Shown: positions 45,376 to 58,900 of the stretch, piece by piece | Numbering within the stretch: the stretch's first letter is position 1 | How the letters are laid out: every line of letters starts with the position of its first letter | Source: Setoptus koraiensis | Lineage: Eukaryota; Animalia; Arthropoda | Length of the DNA stretch: 64,000 nt | Reading direction: 5' to 3' | Assembly: GCA_048013815.1 (NCBI GenBank) | Contig: CM106585.1 | Location: forward strand, 19,530,001 to 19,594,000 | The notes under the pieces: generated by a model | The model's input: only the letters and a program-made list of their open reading frames with translations | Told to the model about the DNA's origin: nothing | The model's database searches: none | Translations under genes and position numbers: made by a program

Positions 45376-45644
45376 GTTGCATCATTCATTTTGTGCGTCA
45401 GCAGTGCTGTTGATTCGATCGTCGCGACGATCGCATGAGTCGGCTCGACGACAATATGTACAAGTATACATAGATTATCGCACAAACACACCCACACACA
45501 ACAGTCGTCAGTTGCTTGCTTCATTGTCATTTGGGCCCATTCGCCGCAAAATAATTTTCAGACGAGTGCTGTATTGCACAATAGGCAACATTTAATTTGA
45601 TATTATTTAGCTGAGTTTCATTGAGTGTGGCGAGAGATTAATTA

Positions 45645-46580
45645 ATGCCCAGCATAGGAAAAATGGCCTCAGCAAGCAGCTCATTAGGCGCTGGCAACAT
45701 TGGTCAGCATTTGCAACAACCACAACACCAACTCATCAATACAAATGAATTGGGCTCGGCGTCGTCATCGGCAACGTCGTCGTTGCTTGACACCGCCTGG
45801 CATCATCAGCATCAATATCAATTTCAAATGGACAAATTGGCCCATTCGATTGAGCAATTGCAACTACAATCACAACAATTTCATAGCCTGTTACAAGTGC
45901 AAGCTCGCATGCAACAACAATTTCAGCAACAGCTCCATTTGCAACAACAACAATTTCAACAACAACAAGCCAACAAACAATCTTACCAGCAACTATTGGA
46001 ACTGGCCGCTGTCACGGCCAACCATAATAATAATAACACTAATAATAGTAATAACAATTCTGGCGGAAATCAACGATCGTCATCAACAACATCAGGACAG
46101 ATGCACCATCAGCATCATCATCATCAGCAGCACCATTATCAGCAAGCCAGACACTCGCAACAGAACAAACAAAAACAAAACGGACCTGCCGCCGGATCTA
46201 AACAATGCAACAGCCACAATAATAATGCCAACAGCAAAGACAACAACAACAATAATAGTACTAACAGCAACAACAACAACAACAACGCCAAGGACAATAA
46301 TGCCAATGGTAAAAATCTAAAATCTTCATCAACTTGCGCGATAAATCTCAGATCAAACAACAATCAAAACAATCACAATGGCAAAGAATCCGAGCCAGCA
46401 CTGCAACAAATGCCGCGCGACATGATAGCCACCTGTGTCAAATATATACTTGACAGCAACTCATCGTCGCTGAGTGACATACTATCGATTGATTCGTCGC
46501 CGCTGTCCAGCGGACTGCATCAATTGGACCAAGAATGCTCCCTGGCAGATAATATCATTATGAATCACACCATGAATTGA
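45645..46580 (+). CDS. Uncharacterised Q/N/H-rich low-complexity protein (311 aa)
   Basis: ATG-initiated ORF with polyQ/polyN tracts and a short non-repetitive C-terminus (MPRDMIATCVKYILDS). Could be non-coding CAA-rich sequence that is open by chance. Confidence 0.45.
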   Translation: MPSIGKMASASSSLGAGNIGQHLQQPQHQLINTNELGSASSSATSSLLDTAWHHQHQYQFQMDKLAHSIEQLQLQSQQFHSLLQVQARMQQQFQQQLHLQQQQFQQQQANKQSYQQLLELAAVTANHNNNNTNNSNNNSGGNQRSSSTTSGQMHHQHHHHQQHHYQQARHSQQNKQKQNGPAAGSKQCNSHNNNANSKDNNNNNSTNSNNNNNNAKDNNANGKNLKSSSTCAINLRSNNNQNNHNGKESEPALQQMPRDMIATCVKYILDSNSSSLSDILSIDSSPLSSGLHQLDQECSLADNIIMNHTMN

Positions 46581-46965
46581 TTAGTAATACGTGGCTCTAT
46601 TTATAGTTGCTATCAACAGCATATTCATATGTACAATTAATATTTTACTATCATACAATAAACATCATCAGTGTGCCTTCTTTTGTCCGTGCATTATAAA
46701 CTGATTTGCACCGTGCGTGTGTGTGTGAGTGCGCGACCAACAAAATCCGTCAGTCTTCGGGGGGGATCCGGGGCCATGCGCTGTGCGAAGGGGCAGGGGG
46801 ATCAGGCACATTTAGAATGTTTACTGGCCCGGCAGGGTGCCTCAGTTAATGTCGTCCGAGAGAGGGCTGCCTTGATGAGATGTTTGTGAGATGAAAAAGT
46901 TGGTTATACCATCAGTGCGCAGTTACGTAGATCGCTTATGGTTGCGGTGTGCGCGATCAACAAAG

Positions 46966-49900
46966 CTAATGCATCAACGGATTGGGAAAGTCCACTGGAT
47001 GAGGTAGGGGTCCCGGGTGTTGCGTCTTCCTCCTGTAGGGCATCAGCCAGCAACTTATGGCTATTATAAGAGCTATAATTGATAGTATTATTGTCAGTAT
47101 TATGGACAATAGTAGACCTAAATTGGGTAGACACACAAATTCTATGTCGTCCACTCTAGGGCCCTCTTGTGGCAGCGACGGTTGAGCATCTTTTTTCTCG
47201 AATGTCAGTATGGCGTTTGATTGGACCATTATCTCTTCGCGTAATGCGCCCTCTTTGAAGGCGTCCGTCACAATGAGTTCGTCGTCGCTTGGATTGCTGG
47301 CCGCTATGGCCTGGCGACGCTTCCTTCGTTTGCGTTTCTTTTTGCCGTAGGCATCGATGCCGGCACAATTAACCGCCGGACACGAACCAAAACAAACGCG
47401 TATATTACATTGGAAGCGCAAATTGTTCGAAGATGGAAATTTAAAGGCATTGAATCTGGCCACTAGTGATTTCTTATGTACATCGTATTTCCAATCGCTA
47501 AATATCGATGGATCGGTGGCACAACCGTTGGCGTCTGTCACCTCGTACTGATATTCGCCCTCGTCGTCCATTGTTTTGGCTTCGCACGAGCGCGCAAAAC
47601 CACCATAAATAGAATCTGGTTGTACGTCAACGCGCAACAACAGATCCTGACCAATTTCTGCGCTTGTCACCTCGCGTCCGTCTAGCGCCGTAATAGACAT
47701 TAGACACGTTGGCGGCGGTCCCGTGTTTGCTATAGTACCGGAAGTGGTGATCATGCTCACATTGAAGCCCAATGTTACCTTTTGCTCGCCAGTGTTATAA
47801 ACACATTTCACATGATAGGCGCGCGCTCTGTATGTTACCAATTTTGGATGTTTCTGTATGACCAGCACAAAACCGGCCTCGCCATTTCTGTGTATGAGAT
47901 CACAATGGCCAAATTGTACCTTAAAATCAATATATTCATTAGAGTTACTTGTGACTAGACGACGACATTTTGGATCCTGTGAGTGACCCTTGACATAGAT
48001 GATACCATCGAAGCCGCCCAATTGCATGTCAACCTGAACTCCGTCGGCCAGACACATGACAAACAAATCGGACGGTGGTATTGTCCTAAATTCAACACTT
48101 GGCGTTGTAGTCTCTGGCGGTGCCATTGTGGTTGTTATAATGGGCACCAATGTTGTTGTTGGTATTCCCATTGTTGTTGTTGGCGGCGGTGCTGGCGTTG
48201 TTGTAGTGGTGGTTGTTGTGGTTGTTGTTGTGGTGGTTGTTGTTGTTGGTGGCGGTGGCTGACATCCGTAAACTAAATCTATGGCTGTGCCAACGTAATT
48301 CTTTGGACAGACACAAATGGCCACATGATCGGCTGCGGTACAAATGGCCCTAGGTCCGCATATGTAGCACGGCGTAACACATTGGTTTGTTTTGAGGTTA
48401 CATTCGCGATCATTGGCACAATCGGCATTTGATCTACAGCCAATAGGAATGGGATCACAGCTTTTAACATAGGGATCGCCCACTGTACCCGGTGGACAGA
48501 CACACTCGTAGGAGCCAATTTTGTTTTGGCATATAGCGCCTACGGCGCATGGGGTTCCTTCGTCGCACTCGTTACGATCTAGGCAAGCGACTCCGTTAGC
48601 GGTCAATTTGTAGCCATGCGGACAAATACAAATACCGGTATATTCCTCTAGATCGACACTAGTAACAATTGAGTGCTGTTCGCTATTGTACAATTGTAAT
48701 TGTTGCGAGTTGATACACTCCTCTCTGGCTCGACAAGCCGATGATGAGGTACAATTTGTTCGGTACATGTAACAATAATTGGCCTCGCGATGATAGTTGT
48801 TGGGGCAACCGCAAACCCTCAGAGCACTCTGGCTACCCGATTCGTCCTGTTGCACTGACGAGCCCAAACAAATCAGATTACCTGGACAGTGTATGTCGGC
48901 GCTACAGGTGACTTGTTGCTGTTGTTTTGTGAATAGCTGGTGAGTCACTTGATTGGTCTGGTTGAATCTGTTGCGTCTCTCCTCCTGTTGCTCTTGTTGT
49001 TGTTGTTTCACTATCTGCTGTTGCACGATCTGTTGTTGTTGTTGCACAATCTGCTGTACGAGCTCCTGTTTCTTTTGGTCCAACTGAACCTCTTGCAATT
49101 GTTGATGCTTGTGATTCTCGCTGCTCGTCTGATTGTGACTGTTGGTTGTAGTGGTGGTGGTTGTTATGGACGTGATAGATGGCGTCTGGCTTATGCTAAT
49201 TATGGGCTGTATTATAGCAACGGTAGTTGGTAATTGTTCACGCAATTGCTCGTGTTCCGTTCTTATTTGTTCTTGCTGTTGCTGTTGCTCTCTAATTTGC
49301 TGCTGCTCTTTAGCTTGCTGTTGCTCTCTAATTAACTGTTGCTCTTTGGCCTGCTGCTGTTCTCTAATCAGTTGTTCCCTGATCAATTGCTGTTGTTGCT
49401 CTCGCTGTTGTTGCTCTCGCTGTTGTTGTTCTCGCTGCTGTTGCTCCCTCTGCTGCTGCTCCCTCTGCTGTTGCTCCTTCAATAGTTGCTGCCTTCTTCT
49501 CTCGGCCAAATAGTGTTGCTGAGAACTCGTTCTGTTGTTAATTGTTGTAGTTGTGGTGGTTGTGGTCGTGGTCTGTTGTTGCGGATTCACCAAAGCTATT
49601 GGTGGTGTCACAAGCAGTACTTGTGGCGATGTGGGCAATAACGGTTGCTTAGTTGATTCTTTGGCAGTGATTGTTGAAAGGAACTGTTGATGTTGATTAT
49701 TATTTTGATTGTTGTTGCTCGTGGTCACCTGTGATACACTGGTCACCTGCTGCTGTTGCGTAGTTGTGAACTGGGGCGTAAATGGGGGCGCCGATGTCGC
49801 TATGCTAGTCAATGGTAACTCGTACTCGCTCAACGAGGTCTTGGTCAGCTGCTGCTGCTGCTGTTGTTGTTGTTGTTGTTGCTGCTGGGCAATCTGCTGG

Positions 49901-52900
49901 ATCTTCTGCTTTTGATTTTGTTGACGCTGTATTTCAAAAATATTATCCTGTTGCAATTGTGGCTGCTCTTCAACGAGCACAATTGAGGGCTTATGCTGCT
50001 GATTCTGGCTAGACTGGTGATGGGTGAAATTATGCGACTCGTTGTGCTGATGAGTGGTTGTGGTGGTGGTGGTTGTGATTGCCAATGGTGGAACAACTGC
50101 AACATTGATCGGGGGAGTAAATCCACCGTCGAGGCTCACCGTTGACAAATCTTGCAGTTGTTGATTGTGCTCGGCGTTCACTTGCTGCACTACGCGATCG
50201 CAACCGGATTGAAGCTCGTAAGCGTTTCCTTCGGTTCCTGGCTCACAAGTACAAACGGCCCGATGGGCAAAGGCTGAGCAGCGTGCGTTTGGCCCACAGA
50301 CGCTTATTTCGCACGGGTTGACACATTGGAATCCCACTTGTGTGTTGATAAAACTACAAGATAAATGACTACGGCAATCGCTGTGATCTACGCACGAGCT
50401 CGGCTTCACACACTGGCCACTGAAACAGACTTGACCTCTTGAGCATTCGGGACAACTTGAGGTGCGAGCTTCTTGTTGTTGGTTGTTGTTGTTGTTCACT
50501 TGCGATGAAGCTTGCTGATTGTTTTGTGAAGTTGTGGTTGTAGTAGTGGTTTGCTGAATTTGAGCGGGCGGCACGGCCAGAATTTGCTGCTGATTTCTCA
50601 CCTCTAACTGGCAGGCCTTGTACGGGTCACCAATGTAGCCAGGCGGACAGATACAATTGAACGAGCCCGGTGTGTTGTGGCACAACGCCTGTCGACCGCA
50701 CGGGTGCGACGTGTTGAACTGGTACTGGCCGGATATTGTGGTCGGTCCGGCGGCTATGCCGCCATTTGCCGTCAGCGGTGTCATACCGGACAATGTGGAG
50801 CCCGTGATGCATTCGTTGACGTCGACACAACCCGACTGGCCGTCCGATTGGGCAATGTAACCGGCGGCACAAACGCAAACAGCTTGCTGATTGGCGTCCA
50901 ATTGGCATGTTGCATGGCGACCGCACTGGGTAGTGTCACAAGGATGCTTACAATCGTCGCCGGCAAACGGACTCGGACAATGACATCTGCCCTCTTTGCA
51001 TATCTGATTGCCCTGACACTGGTCGCTGGTGCGGCACACGCCCACCTCCGGTATGCACTTGTCCGCCGGATCGCCCTGGGTGCCCGGTGGACAGCGACAG
51101 GTGAATGAGCCCGGCGTGTTTGTGCACACTGCATTGTAGCCACATTTTCCATTTGGTCCGAACTCGCGTGAGCATTCATCGACGTCGCGACATCTTGTTT
51201 TGGCGTCCCCAGTCCAACCTTCGGCACAAGCGCACTGAAACGAACCTGGCGTATTGGTACAAATAGCCGATTCGCCACACTGTCCAAAAACTCCAAATCG
51301 CCTATCGCACTCATTGATGTCCTCGCAATACCTGAACGGATCGCCATCGTAACCTGGCGGACAGTAGCACCTGTAAGAGCCTGGCACATTTGAGCAAAGC
51401 GCACCCTGGCCGCACAAACCCGACGGGCCGTAATTAGAGTCACACTCATTGATATCTACACAACCGGCGCTTATGTTGTTCGGGTCAAATGTGAATCCTG
51501 TTTTGCACACACAAGCGGCCTCATTTCCGTGCGCTCTGCATGTTGCGTGCAGTCCACAATTGATTCCGTCGCAGGGCGACTTGCAGCCATTTATTGGGTC
51601 GCCGTCAATAGGTATGAAATTTTCCTGGCAAACACATTTGAAAGAGCCCTCTGTATTGTAACACTGGCTGTTCTGTCCGCAAGGCGGCGTTCCTCCTGGC
51701 GACAACAATTGACATTCGTTGATGTCGCGACACTTGCTAGTGGGCGACGACGGATCTATTTTCTCGTAGCCCGGTTTACATTCGCACTTGTAGGCACCGT
51801 CCAAGTTTAAACATTTGGCCTCTTGTCCGCACAGAACACTAGAATGGTGTTCCTGTTTCAGAGCTGCCGAATGTTTGCTGCCGAATTTGGCCACACTTGT
51901 TGCGGGGCTTCCCGTTGTTGCCGACAGCAAAGTGGTTGTCGTTGGGCCACATTCGTCCACATCTACGCACTCTATTCCTTGAGCCTGGTAGCCTGTCTTA
52001 CAGCGACAGGTTGAATTAAAGCAAGCGGCATTCCTGGTACAGTCGTAATCGCTAATGCAGCCAATATCCACCGCGGCTCGATCACAGCCCATTTCTGGGG
52101 TGCCGCGCGCCAAAAATTTATCCGGACACGAGCACTTGTAGCTGCCCGACAGATTGATACAATGAGCGCCCGGTCCGCAGGCCGAAGAGGTCAGACACTC
52201 GTCGACGTCGACACACCTGACGTAGGGATCGCCCGTGTAGCCGCTCTGACAGACGCACTGATAGGAGCCTTGGGTATTGTAGCAGCGGGCGTTAATGCCG
52301 CAGGCGTCCTTCCTGAGGCACTCGTCCTCATCTGTGTGTCGTTGATGAGGATATTAGATGGACATGAGTAATATATGAGTAATTAGCATAAGTGAGCAAA
52401 GACGGAAGGTTAGCTAGCCAGAGAAGCAAACACAGAGAGAGAGAGAGAGACAGAGTGAGTGAGACATCAGGTGTGGAAATGTCCCAAGACGGTCACACGC
52501 TAGCCAATACCAATCAATGTCAGATTGTTAAATGATAAATGACGATTGGCACACATGAGCGGCCATATATGATCAGCGAGCTTGGTCAGATTAGTCAGTT
52601 GGGTGGCGGTGAGTCAGCGGGCCAGCTGATTGTCAATCGACTATAATAATATTCAAGGTTGCCCGTTGCTCATTTTAGCTCATTTAACAACGGCAACAAC
52701 GATGCCAACAAGTTTAATTGTGACTAGTTAGTGTTGCTGCTGTTGCTGTTGTCGCTGTTGCTGTTGCAATACACGACATATGGTTTGGATAGCTAGCTGT
52801 TGCAACTGGTGCAGCTTCCATTGCATGTAGGTAGCATTGCGTTCGGCAGTTCATGCCCTGACTGTCGTTTCTTTTTTTTTTCTTCGCTAGCTTGTTCCAA

Positions 52901-55900
52901 CAGAGCTGCTTATCAAGCCAGTCGGCTTATCCAGTCGAGTCCTGGATAAAATATTGAGCGCATCCATATTTGGTAAATTGTCTCGTCGTTGGTTTGATTC
53001 CTCTGACGCTCACTCTCGCTGAGCTTCTCTGTGCATTTATCTATTTATGTGTTACTTACCTTGACATCCCTCAGGCTGGTAGGCGTTGCCTAATGAGACG
53101 ATAATAAGCCGGTGAAAAGTGAGAGATTAGAAAGTTATTCTGTGTCGTTTGACTAGCGACTCTGTGTGTGTCTTGTTGTCGCTGTTTAATATGTGTGTGG
53201 TGCACTTATGTATACCAACAATTAAAGGCTCTTGGTCAGGATTGAATTAAATCACACCTCTTTGTTTGTGTCCGCTCAATACAGTTCGCCTGTTAATCTC
53301 GCCTAAAAATCTATTGGAACTCTCGCTCGCTCGCTCGCTCGTCCGTCTAGCCAACACACTCTCCAACGTCACACGCTGAACCAACTATCAGTTCAGTTCA
53401 GTTCAGTGATTTTGTTGGCTAGAAAATCGTACGTACAAACTGTTGGATTGCCAGAAGAGGTCGTCGTCGTCATCTTTGTCATCTAGGCACACCAGAGAGA
53501 ATGAGTCGCTTTTGTAACGGCAGCAGCAGCAGCAACAACAACAAAGAAAACGTTGCAGATTGCTGCAAATTTATCACCTGCTCTCTATCTTGTTGCTGTT
53601 GTTATCAGAGGGTAGTAAATGCGTGTGTATTATCACTCATTTTTCATTGTAAATCTTTCAACTCTCATAGAGCTTGAACTCTAACTCAAGCACCGTTCGC
53701 TCTCGACAGATTGCAGTTTATTGGCCAAAGTCAACAAGTCAGTGAGCAATCTAAAAGGCAAGTAGGCAGCAAGCTCATGCAATGGCAAATCAAACGGACC
53801 AAATGAAATCAAATCAAATTAAACATTCAATTCAATGTTAACGGTTTCATTCTCATCTGGTCTAGAGAGCTGGCTGCATTGTTATGCTCATAGTTGCATT
53901 GTTTTCATTCGCTCAATCTTGAGCTAAAGCGCTAACTTGCTTCCAACTAATAATGGTCATCCACTCTATTATATATATCGCGAGCCACGAGAATCGTGAT
54001 CTGCCAGCTGGCTAATTGTCGCTAGCCGGCTGTCGGAATAGGTGCATGCACCTTTTGCACCACCAAGCCATGTATTAGTTAGTTGTTAGCTTGCTGGTTG
54101 TTAGTTTGTTTGGTGACGACAAAGACGGTGGCCCAATCTGCGGCCGTCGGTTATGGGCAACCGGCAACCGGCAACCAACAACCAACATCAATGAACAAAT
54201 GCAACGGCAACGGCATCAGCATCACTTTCAATCTTGGAATCGATAATCGATTTGATTCACAATGGAGCCACTCTTGATTCAAATAAAACGTTTCCTCATT
54301 CACCTGTCGTTTTATCTCGATGTTGATCGTATCGTCGTCGTGGTCGTTGCTTGAATAAGCTAACAGTGCTGTGACTACTCATTCATGGCTATTTCCTCGT
54401 ATTTGCGTGTGCGATGCTTGCACTATCAATGATTGAGTCCAGCAATGGCGATTGTTGTTGTCCAGTCTAACACTTAAAAACTGTTGCACACACACACACA
54501 CAAACACTCTATGATTGCGCAACAATCAACCGATAAACTAATCTTTATCTCAAGTCCATCCCTCGGGACTCATACTCAACAGATCGCACACTCAACGGAT
54601 GATGCCGGAGTCTTCACAGGAGTCTGTCCACCTATTCGTATAATTTAATACTGTAGTGGTCAGTGCTATAACTAGTTACTAGTGGATGTACACACTGGTT
54701 GCACACAGACATTAGCAAGTAGCAGTATTGGAAGCACCTACAATTTGTGGCCGCCAATCAATTGGTTGTGGTCATTCATGTTACATCAACAATTGTGTTG
54801 TGTGGTGTTGTGTTGTGTTGTGCATGTTCCGATGGACGCAGGTAAGCGGATTATAATCATTGGCTAACACACTGACACTAATTAAAAAGAAGCTCACTAT
54901 TGACTTCTTCTCTATCCGGTGAAAAAGAGTCAAAAAACGTATTGACCCTACTGGTCAGGTATCTAATGTGTCTCTCTTCTTTTCCCATATGCGCTAGTAT
55001 AATTACCCTGGCCTGGAAGCCGGTGGTCTATATATCAGGAAAGAAGCCGCTACCGCTGCTACACCCATCAGAACGATGATTGCATAGTTTAAGATGACGA
55101 CGACGATAATACCGGCGGTAGTTGATAAACTGGTCGATTCTCACTGAATCTCTCTCTCTCTCCCTCTCTCTCACACACACACACTCACACTCACAAATTG
55201 CTAGCCACAGTTAATTGTTGCTAACGTTTCCACATGTCGGCCTTACTATCTGTGTCTCTCTGTTCGTCTTTCCGTTCGTCAGTTTGTCTGTTCGGCCGGC
55301 CGACTGTCCGGCATGTTTCCTAAACATCAATCTCATGAAATTATCATCATTATTATTGTTGTGTCTTCTTTTTCTCTATCTCGCCCATTTTCTCTGTGCT
55401 GCCTAAACGGTTTGGCTGTTTCATCGAAGTCATTAATTCTGCTGCCAGTTACACTGCTGCTAACCAAATGACTAAAGATCACACGGCACACATGAACGAC
55501 TGACTAACGAAAATCTAATAGTCTAACAATAGTCACCAATAATAAATGTTCTTTTTCTTTTCCGAGACTCCTTCGAAACCCTACATAACTCTTCTACTGA
55601 CACTGATAATACTTTTGATAATAATAATTGCCGATCGCACTGTCGATCATTCATAGATGATCGTCGGCGCTGACCAACACTAGTAAACCAAAAGGGTCAC
55701 TTACCGGTAAATCCGTGCTTGCATCCGCAACGATAACTTCCAGGTGTGTTCTCACAAATAGTATTGGCACCGCAAGCGTGAGGACACTCGTCTATATCAT
55801 AACAGGCTATTTTAGGATTGCCTAAAGAATCAATGGATCAGTAATTCGTCAGATTAACACGTTAGCCAATGGTGTCATTGAGAAGATAAAAAAGTTTTGC

Positions 55901-58900
55901 TATTCCATAATCATAGACATAAATATTTATATATATATTATAGTTACCTGTATAATTGGGGGGACATTGACAGAAGTAGGCGCCGGGTGTGTTGACACAC
56001 TGGGCCAATTGACCACAAGGATTTTGTGCGCACTCGTTAATGTCGACACAACCAACAAATGAGCTACCGTTGATTGTTGCTGGGATTCCTTGTAGATTTA
56101 AATCGGTCATTATGTCGCCCTCATTGCCGATAGCTTGCAGCTCCCTAGTACGCTCGTATCCAGTTGGACAGGAACATTTAAAACCTCCAGGAACATTTGT
56201 ACAAGATGCTCCCTGACCACAAGGATTGTTTCTACATTCATCCATATCTAAGAATTTATCGTACACATGTTACATAAAGTAGTGTTGTTATTGTTGTTGT
56301 AACCAAATAAAAGGGTGTGCAAGCAGGAAATGAAAGCAATAAGTAAATTTACATTAGTTAGTAAGTGTGAAGCCAGCTATTTTCTCATGAGCGCTCTTCT
56401 GACTGCCTGTCTGTCTCTCTCTCTCTCTCCCCTTCCTCTCTTTCCTTTCAACTAACAAGTTATATTAAACTGACCGATCGATCAATCGATTGGCAACAAA
56501 TTATTTTTGTTAGGGATGTTCCGAATGACAAATTGGCTTGCGGACCATTATTCTGGAATAACATAACAACAACAAGTTATGTGCTCATGTTTTATGTGAT
56601 TCTTCAACTCAAGCTTATCTTCTGTCGTGTTCGATTTATTATTAGATGGCAGTCAGAATAGTGGTACTAGTAGTTTTATTAACATCGACGTGTCTAATCT
56701 TTAATCAATTTGATTAATTCCACCAATTGTAAGCGAATGTGAGCCCTGGGGGCATTTCAATATGAAATGTCAGGAAACTCTGACTGGACAGTCAAAATGT
56801 TAGCTGGCCATCGAGTCAGCTAGCCGTATATTGTATTCTTTGGCAAACAAAATTTTTGTTACATCACCTCTATCATGAACTGAGTCACGAGTTCGCCCAA
56901 TACACTCCTATGACCAATTTACAATGGCCACATTGATTGCACAAAAGAATACAGTTATATGCCAGATTTGAATGGTAGCACGCTAGTGTGAACGAGGTGA
57001 AATCGAGCTATATATATTCGCTAGCACTTTCTAAACTATTTTTCCCATTTAGAAAACTTGTTAGTCTGTTTGCCTATTGTTAGCAGAATCTACCCGTTTC
57101 GACCAATGCCCATCTCAGCGCAAATGAAAGTCAGATTAGGGCACACACCAGTGAGCAAATATTCTTGCGCCTGTTACATAAGCCCAAGAAGGAGTTGGCT
57201 AGTTTGTTATTAAATGGTGGAGGTATTTTTTATGATTCTAGTTTTTAAGATTCTTCTTTCGGCTATTGTAATTATGGACAATAATAATAGTAACTGGAAT
57301 CTTGTGAAATCAACACACAGGCACATCAGGTGGATAGGTTTCGCCAACATAACCATCCGAACAACGTTATTTGAAATTCCGGCCGACCATCATCACTACA
57401 ATAACGATGATTGGTTGATATTATCATATTGTTGTTATTGTAGATGTCCGTCATTGGATTGTTGAGGGCCAATTCTTTGAATATCTATCGCTATCTCTAA
57501 ACGTTTTTTATTCATCATGCAAACAAAGATTCTTTTCCCATTATTTATTTATCCATCTATCAGGTTAATCTTGCTCCACTGCTCAAGATTACATATGAGG
57601 TCGATGGCACAACAAACATCATATTACACAACTAACTTAACTACTCATCTATTCCAATCTAAGTTAAATACATCTGACAAGACCACCGCCACTGCCGTTG
57701 TTGCCGCCAACGCCTCCACCGCTAATTGATAACTTTAGTCCGAATAATAACTATGCCTTCGTGTGCATTCAGTTTAGTTAGGTAACATGACTAAACAACG
57801 ACGACAACTAATGTTTCTATTGTGGTTGATTATGGACCATGCTCTCTCTCTCTCTCTCCCTCTCTTGATTGCATCAACGAGATTGACTCTTTAATCTCTC
57901 AATGTTACTGCTATTTGTTTGTTAAATTATCGCCATGCAAATGATGATGGATTGTTTAACATAAATTAAACTTTTTTCTCGTTCTCTTTTTTGTTGCCCT
58001 CTACCGTGCCGACTGTTGTCGTTGATCGGTAAAATCAAGAGAAAAGAGCATCATCATCATCACATTTGCAAAGCCCTTGTTGTTTGCTTTAGCTGGCTCT
58101 TTGTGTTTACTAAAATATAACATGATATTGACCTATGTTAATGGATGACCAAATAAGGATGCCATAATACCTCTATAATTATATCACATAAATTTTGTTG
58201 TCAGTACTACAGTATCATGATTATTGACCACAACAGCAACAACAAAAAACAACCAATAAAGTTGCCATAATGATATAATTTCAATTGTCGACGTAACTCA
58301 AGATCACCAAAGGCAAACAAAACTTTTCAATATCTTTCCATATTGTCCGGAGTTTAAGGACAAATTTCAGTCAACAGTGCTCACTATATCTTGTTCTCTC
58401 ACTTATACACTTGTAATCGGTTCGATTCCGTGTGTACATGACCATGTGTGTCGATGGTTTTTTGTACACATTATTCACTTATGTATATTTCATTCGACTT
58501 TTTGCTTGTGGTTTCATGAATAAGAGATGGCTTTATTGATGGAGAGTGTTGGTCTTTTGTAGGCTTCTAGTGTCCACGGATGTATCGATAAGAGTAAATC
58601 AATTTTATGGATAGACGCCTTGGAAAATCAACAAATCATAACATGCTGGATAACATGATGATTGTGTGTTACGAGCCATCATCATGACTAGCATGATGCA
58701 GTCATGTCGACCCATGCAAGCATACGGATTTGTCCATCTAACGATTGGTCAGTATGTATTGATGGTTTACGATACCTTAAACTTGTAAATAATTGCCAAC
58801 ATCATCTTCATCATGAAAAGTAATAACTCGTTCAATGATCTTATTACAGCTCTTTCACTCACCTGGCCTCTACTGATCATTTTCCCTCTTGTGGAGTCAC

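Noticed and set aside
47156-52371. Numerous 60-220 aa ORFs overlapping the dumpy-like exon (poly-C, poly-V, poly-L products)
   Set aside because: They are alternative-frame or antisense shadows of Q/T-rich and EGF-coding sequence.
53396-53417. AGTGATTTTGTTG matching the 3' half of miR-7
   Set aside because: The seed-containing 5' half is absent and there is no hairpin; the flank is a (TCAGT)n repeat.
58419-58429. Perfect Pol III B-box GGTTCGATTCC
   Set aside because: No A-box, acceptor stem or cloverleaf nearby, so no tRNA or SINE can be supported.
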